DNA of 64,000 bases from Gammaproteobacteria bacterium (GTDB taxonomy: Bacteria > Pseudomonadota > Gammaproteobacteria > CAJXQU01), in the NCBI GenBank assembly GCA_965224825.1, contig CBDDAG010000001.1, positions 1,147,705 through 1,211,704 of the forward strand, given 5' to 3'. A model generated the notes under the pieces. The model was not told the DNA's origin. It made no database searches and saw only the letters and a program-made list of their open reading frames with translations. A program made the translations under genes and the position numbers. Shown piece by piece: positions 50,670-61,814 of this stretch. Within the stretch, counting starts at the first letter, position 1; each line of letters begins with the position of its first letter.

Positions 50670-52046
50670 TTATTCCTCTCCCCCGTCAAGCACATCTTGC
50701 CATTTTCGTAATATTCCCCAGCGATTTTCTGCTGCAAGTTCGGACTGATCGGGCCATGTGTCTGGCCTTGCCAGTGCGAAATTAGAACCTGCTTGATCGA
50801 GTATGTTTTGTAACTTCTCGACATCAGTTCCCGCCAGTTCTTTATAGGTATGAACACCCGCGGTATGGATCAGTTCATTGATCTTGGGGCCAATGCCCTC
50901 AACGACTGTGAAGTCATCCTGGTTGCCCTGACGATTGACATTAAAACCAGCAGCCTTAGCCAGATCAAGATCTAACTCAGGTTCTTTTCGGAGCGCTTCC
51001 AATTCACTTTCCAGTGCACTGATCCTTGCTACATGCTCTGGATTATCGACAGTTTTTGTAGCTTCAGTTTTGTCTGCAGAAGTATTCAAGTCGGGATAAA
51101 CACCACCATCAAGAATATCCTGAAGGGCTTTTAATGCAGGCCAACGATTACCGGCAGCAAGGTTTGCCTGATCAGGCCAGGTTCCCGGATTGGCCATCTG
51201 AAAGTTTGCACCGGCTTTATCCAGAATCTTCTGGATGGTTGCAGGATCAGTTTCAGACAGTTGACGAAAACTATGGATCCCATCAGCATGAATAAGTTCG
51301 CTGATTTTCGGCCCAACTCCTTCTATTGCAGTGAAGTCATCTTCTCGTTGAATTTGAATTCCTGCAGATCTGGCAGCAGGAAGATTAATAGCTGGCCCAC
51401 GTTTCCAACCCTCTATTTCATTTTCCAGTTCACCGATCTTTAAGAGGTGTTGTGGATTATCTACTTCGATATTTTTTTCCACAATTTTCTCAACAGTCTT
51501 TTCAATTGTCTCGGGCTCTCTGTTTTCAAGTTCCGTTATTCTTGAACGTAGACCAGCAATTTGATTATTCTCTTCTTCAAGATCAGTAATCCGTTTCAGT
51601 TGTTCAGGATTGTCAACCTCAACAATTTTTTCAACTTCTTTTTCGATCACATTTGGTTCAGCATTTTCGAAAGACGTAATTCGAGCTTGTAGATCAACTA
51701 TCTGACTGTTCTCTGATTTTAATTGATTGATCAACGAAAGGTGTTCCGGGTTATCGACAATTTTTTCAACTTCGACGACCTTTTCAATCACCTCAGACTC
51801 AATTTTTTCCATGGTTTTGAGTCGAGCCTGCAGAACACCGATCTGATGATTTTCTTCTTTGAGCGTAGAGAGAAGAGCAAGGTGCTCCGGATTGTCGACG
51901 ATCTTTTCTACTTCGATTTTTTTCTCAACGATTTTTTGTTCAGGTGGTTCTCCGTGTTTCAAGCGACGCGCTAACCAGCCACTAAAAAGCCAACCGATTA
52001 AGCCACCGACCAGATACGGCCATAACTTACATAAGAATAAAGTCAT
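50670..52046 (-). CDS. Membrane-anchored coiled-coil protein with two helix-hairpin-helix (DUF4332-like) domains
   Basis: N-terminal TM; five VDNPEH/Q repeats; two DDFTxxEGxGPKI...TWPDQxxLAAxNRW..QDxLDGG domains. Confidence 0.85.
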   Translation of the reverse strand: MTLFLCKLWPYLVGGLIGWLFSGWLARRLKHGEPPEQKIVEKKIEVEKIVDNPEHLALLSTLKEENHQIGVLQARLKTMEKIESEVIEKVVEVEKIVDNPEHLSLINQLKSENSQIVDLQARITSFENAEPNVIEKEVEKIVEVDNPEQLKRITDLEEENNQIAGLRSRITELENREPETIEKTVEKIVEKNIEVDNPQHLLKIGELENEIEGWKRGPAINLPAARSAGIQIQREDDFTAIEGVGPKISELIHADGIHSFRQLSETDPATIQKILDKAGANFQMANPGTWPDQANLAAGNRWPALKALQDILDGGVYPDLNTSADKTEATKTVDNPEHVARISALESELEALRKEPELDLDLAKAAGFNVNRQGNQDDFTVVEGIGPKINELIHTAGVHTYKELAGTDVEKLQNILDQAGSNFALARPDTWPDQSELAAENRWGILRKWQDVLDGGEE

Positions 52047-52157
52047 TGGTTTCTCCCTCCAAAATTATTATTTTTTTCTTACCGTACAGAACTATATTAA
52101 GATTAATCATCAAATACAAATATATATGCATAATCCCCTGGTTATAATGTATAGATA

Positions 52158-53072
52158 ATGTCTGCTTATAAGAAACTTCAAAATCTGGAACGACAACTTT
52201 CTGCAGCCGTCGTCGAACCCGTTCACCACCCTCTTCTGGAAGAAAAAGATATTCAACTGTTTATAAAACGAGAAGATCTTCTACACCCGATCATCTCTGG
52301 GAATAAGTGGCGAAAACTAAAATATACTTTGCAGCATGCGTTTGAAACAAAACATGATCATTTGATCAGCATGGGCGGTCCCTGGTCAAATCATTTACAT
52401 GCACTGGCCTGGGTGGGGAAAGAACTTGGTTTGCGCACAACCGGTATTATCCGTGGCGAATCACCTGATAAAAAATCTTCAACTCTGATCGACATTGAGA
52501 GTTGGGGCATGCAACTTGAGTTTATTAGCCGTATTGAGTTCCGAAAACTTCGAGAGTTTCATGAGTACAATTCAGAACCGGCTGATCACTACAACGGTTA
52601 CTGGATTCCTGAAGGTGGAGCTAACAAACTCGCCTTGCGAGGCATTGCAGAAATGGTCAATGAAATAGAGTTACCTTTTGATACGATTGTGCTTGCTTGC
52701 GGAACAGGAACAACGTTGGCCGGTGTCGTCTCAGCATTACCAGCAGATAAAAAAGTGATTGGTTTTGCAGCATTAAAGGGAGCCAGCTTTTTACAAGATG
52801 ATGTGAGTCAATTACTGAATGATAACGATCAAAAAAACTGGTCAATTAATCTGGATTATCATTTCGGTGGTTTTGCTAAAACTAGTCAGGAACTTTTTTC
52901 ATTCATCGAAGATTTTGAAACACACACAGGAATCCCATTGGAGCCTGTCTATACAGGAAAAATGATGTACGGTTTATTTGATCTGATCAGGCAGGGCATG
53001 TTTGAATCAGGACAAAAAATTATTGCGATCCATACTGGAGGGCTACAAGGCAAATCAGGATTCCAGATTTAA
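52158..53072 (+). CDS. ACC deaminase/D-cysteine desulfhydrase family PLP enzyme
   Basis: KREDL..SGNKWRKL, SNHL, IPEGG, LEPVYTGK, IHTGGLQG. Confidence 0.9.
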   Translation: MSAYKKLQNLERQLSAAVVEPVHHPLLEEKDIQLFIKREDLLHPIISGNKWRKLKYTLQHAFETKHDHLISMGGPWSNHLHALAWVGKELGLRTTGIIRGESPDKKSSTLIDIESWGMQLEFISRIEFRKLREFHEYNSEPADHYNGYWIPEGGANKLALRGIAEMVNEIELPFDTIVLACGTGTTLAGVVSALPADKKVIGFAALKGASFLQDDVSQLLNDNDQKNWSINLDYHFGGFAKTSQELFSFIEDFETHTGIPLEPVYTGKMMYGLFDLIRQGMFESGQKIIAIHTGGLQGKSGFQI

Positions 53073-53139
53073 AGAATCACAATAGAGTAAACTCGGAACA
53101 AAAATTGCCTCTAAATAATAAGGTTTCACTTACAAAGGA

Positions 53140-54330
53140 ATGATTATGCTTGTACAAACACCTGAAAATATAGCATCACTTGATAGCCTGCTTCCTGATG
53201 AACCATTACTGATGATGGGCGCCGGCCCGGTTCCGATTCCTGACAGGGTTGCTGCGGCGAACTCTATTGTTATCAATCACCTGGGCGAAACCATGTCGCA
53301 GGTGATTGAACAAGTTAAAGCCATGTCCCGTTATGTTTTCCAGACAGAATCAAAACACATTCTTGGGGTAGCAGGTCCCGGATCGGCTGCAATGGAAATG
53401 GCTGTTGTCAATATTGTAGTTCCTAAGATGAAGGTTCTTAGTATTGTTAATGGTTTCTTCAGTGAACGACTGGCTGAAATGGCCGAACGGGCTGAAGGCG
53501 ATGTCATGCGTATGAAAGTACCTGATGGACAAGCTGCCAGTGTGGAAATGGTAGAAGAGCTTCTGCAAAAGCATAAACCTTCAGTATTAACGATTGTTCA
53601 GGGAGAAACTTCAAATACCGTTTTTAATCGTTATCTACCAGAAATTTCAGCAATGGCACAAAAATATGAATGCATGATGATCGTCGATGCTGTTTGTACA
53701 CTCAGCACAATGACATGTGAAATGGATAAATGGGGAATTGATTCAGTCATCACAGGTGGGCAAAAAGGCTTGTCTTCTATTCCAGGTGTTTCATTGGTTG
53801 CTTTCTCCGACAGGGCCTGGGATCACATTACTTCCAGAACGGATCGTTTACGCCACTGGTGTCTGGATGCGATCCTTGCCGATCAATTCTGGTATAAAAA
53901 ATCTTATCATTACACAGCACCCGTTTCAGGAATTCTTGCGATGCATGAGGCGCTAAGGTTGATCTGTATTGAAACATTAGAAAACCGTATTGAACGTCAT
54001 TTAAGATGCTCTACGGCTTTGCAAGCTGGAATAGAGGCAATGGGGCTCTCTTTACTGGTGGAACCAGAATCCAGACTAAACTCAGTAGTTGGTGTTTCAT
54101 TGCCAGACAATATTGTATCGAAAGACCTGCTCGACCATATGTCTGACGAGCACCGCGTTGAGATCTCAGGTTTCTATGGATCAAATATTGTTCGTATCGG
54201 GCAAATGGGAGAGCAAAGTCGAGAACACAATCTTTTTCGGACTATCCATGCATTTGGTTCCAGCCTTAAATCTTTAGGCTTGTCCGTTGATCTGCCAGCA
54301 GGTATGGCAGCGCTTGAAGGTAAATTATAA
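53140..54330 (+). CDS. Alanine/serine-glyoxylate aminotransferase (class V)
   Basis: LMMGAGPVP, VQGETS, VDAV, TGGQKGL, YHYTAP, RIGQMG. Confidence 0.9.
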   Translation: MIMLVQTPENIASLDSLLPDEPLLMMGAGPVPIPDRVAAANSIVINHLGETMSQVIEQVKAMSRYVFQTESKHILGVAGPGSAAMEMAVVNIVVPKMKVLSIVNGFFSERLAEMAERAEGDVMRMKVPDGQAASVEMVEELLQKHKPSVLTIVQGETSNTVFNRYLPEISAMAQKYECMMIVDAVCTLSTMTCEMDKWGIDSVITGGQKGLSSIPGVSLVAFSDRAWDHITSRTDRLRHWCLDAILADQFWYKKSYHYTAPVSGILAMHEALRLICIETLENRIERHLRCSTALQAGIEAMGLSLLVEPESRLNSVVGVSLPDNIVSKDLLDHMSDEHRVEISGFYGSNIVRIGQMGEQSREHNLFRTIHAFGSSLKSLGLSVDLPAGMAALEGKL

Positions 54331-54647
54331 TTGAGAGCTTTCTCATCGAAGCGAAAGTATCTTAAACAACTTGTCCGAAGCACTTGAAAAGGAATATCGG
54401 TAGTTAAATTATTACTCTCGTAATGTCTTCGATGACGATCTCATGATGGTTAGTCTGCATTAATACCCATAAATACCTACCTTTACAATTTTTCCCGAAA
54501 AATAAGCAATTTAGCTTTTCTCTTTTGCCCGATAATTGGGTACAATGCACGGTTTTTTGAAGCCAGTTGGTTCTCATGGACAAATGTCCGGAAAAATCGA
54601 CTGATTATTATTAATTATTAACTATTACATAACTAACGAGCACGACT

Positions 54648-56732
54648 ATGACTGATTTAGCGCTTTATCGAAACATTGGTATCTTCGCCCACGTGGATGC
54701 AGGTAAAACAACCATTTCTGAACGAATTCTGAGCCTCACGGGTAAAATTCATAAAATTGGCGAAGTACATGACGGTGAAGCAACAACTGACTTCATGGAT
54801 CAGGAACGTGAGCGTGGTATCACTATCCAGTCTGCGGCAACCAGTTGCTTCTGGAAAGATCATCGCCTGAATGTCATTGACACCCCGGGACACGTTGACT
54901 TCACTATCGAAGTTTATCGTTCACTGAAAGTTCTTGATGGTGGTATTGGCGTTTTTTGTGGTTCTGGTGGTGTTGAGCCTCAATCAGAAACTAACTGGCG
55001 TTATGCAAATGAATCAGAAGTAGCCCGTATTATCATGGTCAACAAACTTGATCGCATGGGAGCAGATTTCTACCGTGTTGTTAGTCAGGTTAAAGATGTA
55101 CTGGGTGCCAATCCTCTGGTTATGGTGCTGCCTATTGGTATTGAAGACGATTTCGTTGGCGTTGTTGATCTGCTGACTCGTAAAGCATGGGTCTGGGATG
55201 ATTCAAGTGATCCGGAAAAATTTGAACTTCGGGATGTTCCTGCTGACATGATTGATAAAGTCGAGGAATATCGTAATGAACTGATCGAGATGGTTATCGA
55301 GCAGGATGATGACGTGATGGAAAAATATCTTGACGGCGAAGAACCTGATATTGATACCCTCAAACGTCTGATCAAAAAAGGTACCGTCGCGCTGGACTTC
55401 TTCCCGACTTATTGTGGTTCTGCATTTAAGAACAAAGGTATTCAGCTGATCCTTGATGCTGTTGTTGATTACCTGCCAAATCCGACTGAAGTTAAACCTC
55501 AGCCAGAAGTTGATCTGGAAGGTGTTGAAACGGGTGAGTTTGCTATCGTTGATCCGGACAAGCCTGTTCGTGCTTTGGCATTTAAGATCATGGATGACCG
55601 TTTTGGAGCACTAACCTTCGTACGTGTTTATTCCGGCAAAATTGAAAAAGGTATGACCCTTCTCAATACAGCAACTGGCAAGACCGAGCGAATTGGTCGA
55701 ATGGTAGAAATGCATGCAGACGAGCGTATTGAGCTTGATAGCGCACAGGCGGGTGACATTATCGCTGTTGTTGGTATGAAGAACGTTCAAACCGGACATA
55801 CACTTTGTGATGTTAAACAACCAGCTACTCTGGAACCAATGGTCTTCCCTGATCCGGTTATCTCGATTGCGATTTCACCAAAAGATAAAGCTGCTTCCGA
55901 AAAAATGGGTGTTGCTCTCGGTAAAATGATTAAAGAAGATCCTTCATTCCACGTAGAAACAGATGAAGACAGTGGTGAAACTATTCTGAAAGGAATGGGT
56001 GAATTACATCTTGATATCAAGATCGATATCTTGCGACGTACTCATGGTGTTGATGTGGAAGTTGGTAAACCACAGGTCGCCTATCGTGAAACGATCACAC
56101 AGCTCACCGAAGACAGTTACACGCACAAAAAACAATCCGGTGGTTCAGGTCAATTTGCCAAGATTGACTATATTATCGAGCCCGGCCAACCAGGTGAAGG
56201 TTTTGAATTCGAGTCGAAAGTTACCGGTGGTAATGTTCCTCGCGAATTCTGGCCTGCCGTTGAGAAAGGCTTCAAGTCCATGCTTGATCAAGGTGTACTG
56301 GCCGGTTTCCCATGTCTTGACTTCAAAGTCACTCTGATAGACGGTGCATTCCACGCGGTGGATTCATCAGCCGTGGCTTATGAAATTGCTGCAAAAGGTG
56401 CTTTCCGTCAATCGATTCCAAAAGCCGGACCTCAGTTACTGGAACCGATCATGAAAGTAGATGTGTTCACACCAGATGATCATGTTGGTGATGTGATCGG
56501 CGATCTGAATCGTCGCCGTGGCATGATCAAGTCACAGGATGCTGGCCCAACGGGTGTTCGTATTAAAGCTGATGTACCACTAAGCGATATGTTTGGTTAC
56601 ATTGGTGATCTACGAACGTTTACTTCTGGTCGTGGGCAGTTCTCAATGGAGTTCTCACACTACATGCCTTGTCCGAAGAATGTTTCGGAAGAAGTTATCA
56701 AAGAAGTGCAGGAACGTAACGAGAAAAAGTAA
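54648..56732 (+). CDS. fusA: Elongation factor G, stand-alone copy
   Basis: [43 protein letters not shown]; no rpsL/rpsG/tuf adjacent. Confidence 0.97.
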   Translation: MTDLALYRNIGIFAHVDAGKTTISERILSLTGKIHKIGEVHDGEATTDFMDQERERGITIQSAATSCFWKDHRLNVIDTPGHVDFTIEVYRSLKVLDGGIGVFCGSGGVEPQSETNWRYANESEVARIIMVNKLDRMGADFYRVVSQVKDVLGANPLVMVLPIGIEDDFVGVVDLLTRKAWVWDDSSDPEKFELRDVPADMIDKVEEYRNELIEMVIEQDDDVMEKYLDGEEPDIDTLKRLIKKGTVALDFFPTYCGSAFKNKGIQLILDAVVDYLPNPTEVKPQPEVDLEGVETGEFAIVDPDKPVRALAFKIMDDRFGALTFVRVYSGKIEKGMTLLNTATGKTERIGRMVEMHADERIELDSAQAGDIIAVVGMKNVQTGHTLCDVKQPATLEPMVFPDPVISIAISPKDKAASEKMGVALGKMIKEDPSFHVETDEDSGETILKGMGELHLDIKIDILRRTHGVDVEVGKPQVAYRETITQLTEDSYTHKKQSGGSGQFAKIDYIIEPGQPGEGFEFESKVTGGNVPREFWPAVEKGFKSMLDQGVLAGFPCLDFKVTLIDGAFHAVDSSAVAYEIAAKGAFRQSIPKAGPQLLEPIMKVDVFTPDDHVGDVIGDLNRRRGMIKSQDAGPTGVRIKADVPLSDMFGYIGDLRTFTSGRGQFSMEFSHYMPCPKNVSEEVIKEVQERNEKK

Positions 56733-56771
56733 TCTGTTGATCAGATTGCCGGAGTAATTTTCGGCAAATTG

Positions 56772-56825
56772 AAAAGGATCATTATTATCTGGGGAAGTTG
56801 CTCAGATAATAATGGTCTTTTTTTT
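56772..56825 (+). terminator. Rho-independent terminator after fusA
   Basis: AAAAGGATCATTATTATCTGGG..CTCAGATAATAATGGTCTTTTTTTT long stem with a T8 tract. Confidence 0.88.
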
Positions 56826-56905
56826 GGCTTGCGTGTTTCCATGCATGAAATCAATAACAAGTAATTTGTTATACTCCGATCCACCTCATTAAGTGAAGAT
56901 CCAGA

Positions 56906-59386
56906 ATGAAAAATAATTTTTTGTATGTTGTATGCCTGTTGTTGATCGCGACAACAGTTCAAGCAGAACCCACCGTTTCACTAGAAAAAATTCTCTACAA
57001 AAACTGCTACACCAGTTATAAAGATCAATACGTGAATTTTAAAAACCATAAAGTTTTTACTTATGCGATGGATGTTACTGGCGTTAATAGTTGTGGTTGG
57101 GCTTATGGACATGATGATCTTGAACAAGCAAAAAAAGATGCCATTACATCGTGTGAAAGAAACAAGGTTGATTCACCCTGTAAATTTATCGATATTGATG
57201 GAGAGATTGTCGTTAAAGAAGGTGAGTTCTCAATTCTGATCCCAGCCGACGAACACAAGCTGACAGAAGAAGAACTGGATCAAATGATGAAAGATGCCAA
57301 GCCAGTTATAAATGGAAACTGCCTGCCCTTTTACAAGCAATATCTAACGACCATGTACGGTCATCGTGCTTTTGCATATGTCAGAGAAACCAATGGTGAT
57401 TATGCCTGTGGTATGAGCGGAAGCGGACACAGTATTCTTGAACCTGCAAAACAAGCTGCTTTAAAACAGTGTGAGATCAATAAAGAAAAAAGAGGTGATA
57501 AAAAACCTGAGTCCATCTGTAAACTCTATGCGACCAATTATGATGTTGTCGCTAAAAAGGAAGACTTTTCAGTTAATTCCGATCCGACATCTTTCATGGC
57601 GGCTGTACTCACAGGCAATGTTGTCCTCGTTAAAGAATATCTTGCTAACGGAACAGATATAAATTTTAAGTCTAAAAAAGGTATCACTCCGATCTTTGTT
57701 GCTGCGATGAAAGGAGATCTGGAATTGTATGAGTTTCTACTGGAAAAAGGTGCTGATCTTGATGTGGTGCATAATGACGGAAGCAACCTTCTTATGGCTG
57801 CTATTGGTGGGAAAAACATCAACATACTTCGATCCTTATTAGAAAAAGGTCTGGATGTTAACAAACAGGATAATGATGGGAACACTTCATTACATCTAGC
57901 TGTAATGACAATGGAAGTTCCGATCATTAAAGCACTGATAGATCATGGTGCTGACACTTCTAAGGAAAATAATAAAGGTATATCTCCACTAGCATTAGCC
58001 GCACCGATAAAATTAGATCTGAATAATCTTGAGAGTAATATAAACACAGAAATTGTCGATGTGAATGCCAGAGACGAAGATGGTTGGACTCCCCTGTTCT
58101 GGGCAGCCAAAGAGAATGATCTACAAAAAATAAATAACCTGCTTGATCAAGGTGCAGATATAAATGCCCGTGATGATTTTGGAAGTACGTCCCTGACCTA
58201 CGCAATAAATCATGAACACTTTTTGGCAGTTAGACTTTTACTAAAAAAAGGTGCGGATGTTCATAATAAAGATGAAGGTGGTGAGACTCCTCTAATGGAT
58301 GCGGCCAATAAGCAAAATTTGAAAATAGTCAATTTTCTCCTTCTTAATGATGCTGATAAATTTGCCAAAGATAATAAAGGGAAAACTGCTTTAGATCATT
58401 TGGGATCGAATGCTGATGAGGAGTTGAAAAAAGTATTAAGCCTGGATGAAGAACAATCTTCAGTAGACAAAAAACCAGAGCCCAAAAGAATATATGTCAG
58501 AACGGAACCAGGTACGCCATTACAGTTGGCTGTCGCTCAGGGTGAAGTAGAGGCAATAAAAAAACTTCTTTCTGAAGATATAGAACAAAAAAACAGTGAT
58601 GGTATTACTGCAATATTTGTTGCTGCGATCATTGGTGATTATAAGTCATTCAAATTGTTAATGGATAAAGGTGCGGATCTTCAAGTAACGCATATGGATG
58701 GGACGAATCTCCTGATGGCGGCAGTTTTGGGCGGGAATATTAATATATTTCGCCTTTTACTGGATAAAGAGTTTGATCTTGATAAGCAAAGAAATGATGG
58801 GAATACAGCATTACATATGGCTTCTTCAGAAAGCGAATTGTCGAGTCCAATTGGTGACTTATTATTCCGTGATGCTAACAGTCTAATTAAAAACAATGAT
58901 GGCTTTACAGCAACTGAGCTCGCAGAAGAAACCGGCTACGATCTAGTGGCTTATAGGAAAAATATAAAGGCCAGTAATGGTGAAGAAATAGAGTTTGAGA
59001 ATGGTTATCTTGATGGGGAGCCACGTTTGTTCTGGGCCGCTAGATATAATGAATTAGCAAAAATAAAAAAATGGATTGAAGAAGGTGACAACATTCATGC
59101 GCGTGATGAAAAAATAGGCAGGACAGCTTTTTATCTGGCCGTTCGTCTTGAGCACCCTGAAGTGGCAGAATTTTTTATCGAAAAAGGTGCAAAGATTAAT
59201 GATCGTGACAACGATGACCGAACACCTCTGATGTCCTCTCTCTTCATAAATGAAAATAATTCGAAGATCGTAAAACTGCTTCTATTACATGGTGCAGATA
59301 AAACCTTGCAGGATAAAAAAGGTAAAACAGCTTTCGATTATTTGAGTCGCAATGCCAGCCTGGAATTAAAAGAGTTAGTACAATAA
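56906..59386 (+). CDS. Secreted ankyrin-repeat protein with two Cys-rich N-terminal domains
   Basis: Signal peptide (VQA); many GxTPL/GxTAL..GAD ankyrin repeats in two duplicated blocks. Confidence 0.9.
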   Translation: MKNNFLYVVCLLLIATTVQAEPTVSLEKILYKNCYTSYKDQYVNFKNHKVFTYAMDVTGVNSCGWAYGHDDLEQAKKDAITSCERNKVDSPCKFIDIDGEIVVKEGEFSILIPADEHKLTEEELDQMMKDAKPVINGNCLPFYKQYLTTMYGHRAFAYVRETNGDYACGMSGSGHSILEPAKQAALKQCEINKEKRGDKKPESICKLYATNYDVVAKKEDFSVNSDPTSFMAAVLTGNVVLVKEYLANGTDINFKSKKGITPIFVAAMKGDLELYEFLLEKGADLDVVHNDGSNLLMAAIGGKNINILRSLLEKGLDVNKQDNDGNTSLHLAVMTMEVPIIKALIDHGADTSKENNKGISPLALAAPIKLDLNNLESNINTEIVDVNARDEDGWTPLFWAAKENDLQKINNLLDQGADINARDDFGSTSLTYAINHEHFLAVRLLLKKGADVHNKDEGGETPLMDAANKQNLKIVNFLLLNDADKFAKDNKGKTALDHLGSNADEELKKVLSLDEEQSSVDKKPEPKRIYVRTEPGTPLQLAVAQGEVEAIKKLLSEDIEQKNSDGITAIFVAAIIGDYKSFKLLMDKGADLQVTHMDGTNLLMAAVLGGNINIFRLLLDKEFDLDKQRNDGNTALHMASSESELSSPIGDLLFRDANSLIKNNDGFTATELAEETGYDLVAYRKNIKASNGEEIEFENGYLDGEPRLFWAARYNELAKIKKWIEEGDNIHARDEKIGRTAFYLAVRLEHPEVAEFFIEKGAKINDRDNDDRTPLMSSLFINENNSKIVKLLLLHGADKTLQDKKGKTAFDYLSRNASLELKELVQ

Positions 59387-59838
59387 TGAAAATATGGGTG
59401 GATGCCGATGCATGTCCCGGGGTGATCAAACAGATCCTGTTCAGAGCGGCAGAGCGAACAGAAACAGATGTAACATTGGTTGCCAACCATGCAATGCCAA
59501 CACCACCATCAAAATTTATAAGTTTCATGCGAGTCGCTTCAGGCTTTGATGTTGCAGACAATGAAATTGTTAAAAGATTAGAACCCGGAGATCTGGTGAT
59601 CACTGCTGATATTCCACTCGCCGCAGAAGTGATCGAAAAAGGGGCACAGGCACTCAATCCTCGTGGCCAGCTTTATACTGTTGACAATATAAAAGAGCGA
59701 CTCGAGACAAGAGACTTTATGGAGTCAATGCGATCAAGCGGCATGGAAGTTGGTGGTGGCCCTCCTCCAATGAACCAGAAAGATCGCCAGGATTTTGCTA
59801 ATAATCTTGACAAGGTTCTGGCAAAAAATCGTTCCTGA
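59386..59838 (+). CDS. YaiI/YqxD (UPF0178) family protein
   Basis: [36 protein letters not shown]. Confidence 0.95.
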   Translation: MKIWVDADACPGVIKQILFRAAERTETDVTLVANHAMPTPPSKFISFMRVASGFDVADNEIVKRLEPGDLVITADIPLAAEVIEKGAQALNPRGQLYTVDNIKERLETRDFMESMRSSGMEVGGGPPPMNQKDRQDFANNLDKVLAKNRS

Positions 59839-59938
59839 AAATATTTATGAGCTGAAAAAGGAATTAATTGATCCTGCTATACTTAGTTAGAGAAAGATCG
59901 CTTCACCTGTCTTGAGAAAGTTAATAAGAGTAGAACGG

Positions 59939-61780
59939 ATGGGAATAGAAATCAGCAAGAATGATATAAATATATTCAAACCATCCCGGTTTCTGATCCG
60001 CCTGCTCGATCGGAACAAACTGATTGATTACCTGTTTATACTCATTATTGGGGCACTACCAATTTGCGTGGCTTATTTAATTGGTGCGCATAAGACGATA
60101 GAGAATTATCGCGGCTATCTGGATTTTCCTAACTGGTGGTCACTGGCTTTTCTTTTACCCTTAATTCTGTTTGCATTTCGCTGGGGTCTGGGCAAAATCG
60201 CCCCTGTTGGTAGCCCACAATTAACAGATGATAATCCTCCAATTATCAATATCCTGAAAGATGATACGGCGAAAATAAATATCTATGATCAGCTTCGTCA
60301 AAACATATTGTCAAAAAGCAATTTCCTGATCACTTTTATCATCGTTGCCATCGTACATATTCTGGATATGCCAAAGTTTCTCACACCTTATTTCAGTGGG
60401 GTATCAAATGGTTATTACGACTGGAGCACAATGTTTTTGCTGGAAAGTAGTGGTGTTAGTAAAGCCAGTAACCTGATCTTATTCATCACTGCTGGTGTCG
60501 CGCAATTCTGTGCTGTCTTTATTGGGACATTGGCAATTATTCTGTTCCTGCGTCACAACCTCTTTTTCATGCGGCATATCTATCAGCGACAACATGTGCA
60601 ACAGTCAAAAAGCGATGAAAATGCGGAAAGTTATTTCCAGATTGATGTCAATGATGTGAATCGTTGTTTTGGTTTTAGATCAGCAAACCAGGCTTTTAAC
60701 ACTCAGGTTAAAGCTCTTATGATAGCGGGTGCGGCGATGTTTCTCAGTCGTTTCGCACATGCCAGCCACGATCAAAGTTGTGTCTTCGATATCTCCAACT
60801 GGCAGTCGGTTTTTTCCTGTTTAAGCTTTCCATTAACTAGTCAATGGTTAATGGCACTGTTCTGGTTAATTACCCTGTTCATTGTTTCCATGCCGTCCTT
60901 TGTCAAACTTTTACCACGTATGCCATACAGAGGCAGTGATCGAATCGATCTGTCTGTTGAAAATTACTTACAGGAATTCTTTTCAGATGAAACCTGGCCA
61001 AAAGATAAAGCTGGTAATGATGAATCCATTGCCACTGTCGCCGGCAAATTTGCAAGAAATTCATTCTGGCCTACCGGTGACAATCGTGCCCATACCCTTT
61101 TCCTGTTTTCTTACTGGATCTTTTTTGTGATCTTACTACCACCTGTTTCGTTTGAGATTAAAACTCTGCTAATTACTTTCGCTGTTTATGGAACTGCTGC
61201 ATACCTGTTAAAAAATGCGACTTTCTGGACTTTGAAATGGGCTCTACGATATGTTGACGACATGCTTGTGGTTGAACGAAATGAACTATCTGAAGAAATT
61301 ATAGAAAGCGAAGAAAAAAGTAATGTCAGTGTATTTATCAGCTATCGGCGTAGTGATTCAGCTCCCTATGCGCGATCTATTCACAAGTATCTCTGCGATC
61401 ATTTTCGAAAAGAAAATATCTTCATGGATATCGATAGCATAGAACCCGGCGTAAAATTTGGACAGGAGATCGAAAAAGCATTGGACAAGGTTGATGCCGT
61501 CATTGCATTGATCGGTGAAGAGTGGATGTTAATGGTGGATGAAAATGGCAATCCTCGAATTCATAATCCAGAAGATATGGTTCAATTTGAAATTGCTACT
61601 GCTTTAAAATTGGAGAAACGCATCTTTCCTGTTCTGGTAGAAAAAGCGGAAATGCCCGCAGAAAAAGATCTGCCTGTTACAATAAAAGAACTGGCGCAGA
61701 TCAATGCCGTCGAACTCAGCGATCACCGCTGGGATTATGATATGGATCTTCTGATGAAAGCCTTGAATTCGACGAATTAA
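59939..61780 (+). CDS. Multi-pass membrane protein with a C-terminal TIR domain
   Basis: About 8 hydrophobic helices, then VFISYRRSDS..FMDIDSIEPG..VQFEIATAL..IFPVLV; start may be TTG 59912. Confidence 0.88.
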   Translation: MGIEISKNDINIFKPSRFLIRLLDRNKLIDYLFILIIGALPICVAYLIGAHKTIENYRGYLDFPNWWSLAFLLPLILFAFRWGLGKIAPVGSPQLTDDNPPIINILKDDTAKINIYDQLRQNILSKSNFLITFIIVAIVHILDMPKFLTPYFSGVSNGYYDWSTMFLLESSGVSKASNLILFITAGVAQFCAVFIGTLAIILFLRHNLFFMRHIYQRQHVQQSKSDENAESYFQIDVNDVNRCFGFRSANQAFNTQVKALMIAGAAMFLSRFAHASHDQSCVFDISNWQSVFSCLSFPLTSQWLMALFWLITLFIVSMPSFVKLLPRMPYRGSDRIDLSVENYLQEFFSDETWPKDKAGNDESIATVAGKFARNSFWPTGDNRAHTLFLFSYWIFFVILLPPVSFEIKTLLITFAVYGTAAYLLKNATFWTLKWALRYVDDMLVVERNELSEEIIESEEKSNVSVFISYRRSDSAPYARSIHKYLCDHFRKENIFMDIDSIEPGVKFGQEIEKALDKVDAVIALIGEEWMLMVDENGNPRIHNPEDMVQFEIATALKLEKRIFPVLVEKAEMPAEKDLPVTIKELAQINAVELSDHRWDYDMDLLMKALNSTN

Positions 61781-61814
61781 TTTTGACAAAAGAAATTTTA
61801 TAACAGGCTCTATT

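Noticed and set aside
49813-52046. Zorya (ZorAB) or MotAB assignment for the TM coiled-coil plus OmpA pair
   Set aside because: The larger protein has one TM and HhH domains rather than a multi-TM ZorA/MotA fold, and the OmpA protein's TM has no conserved Asp.
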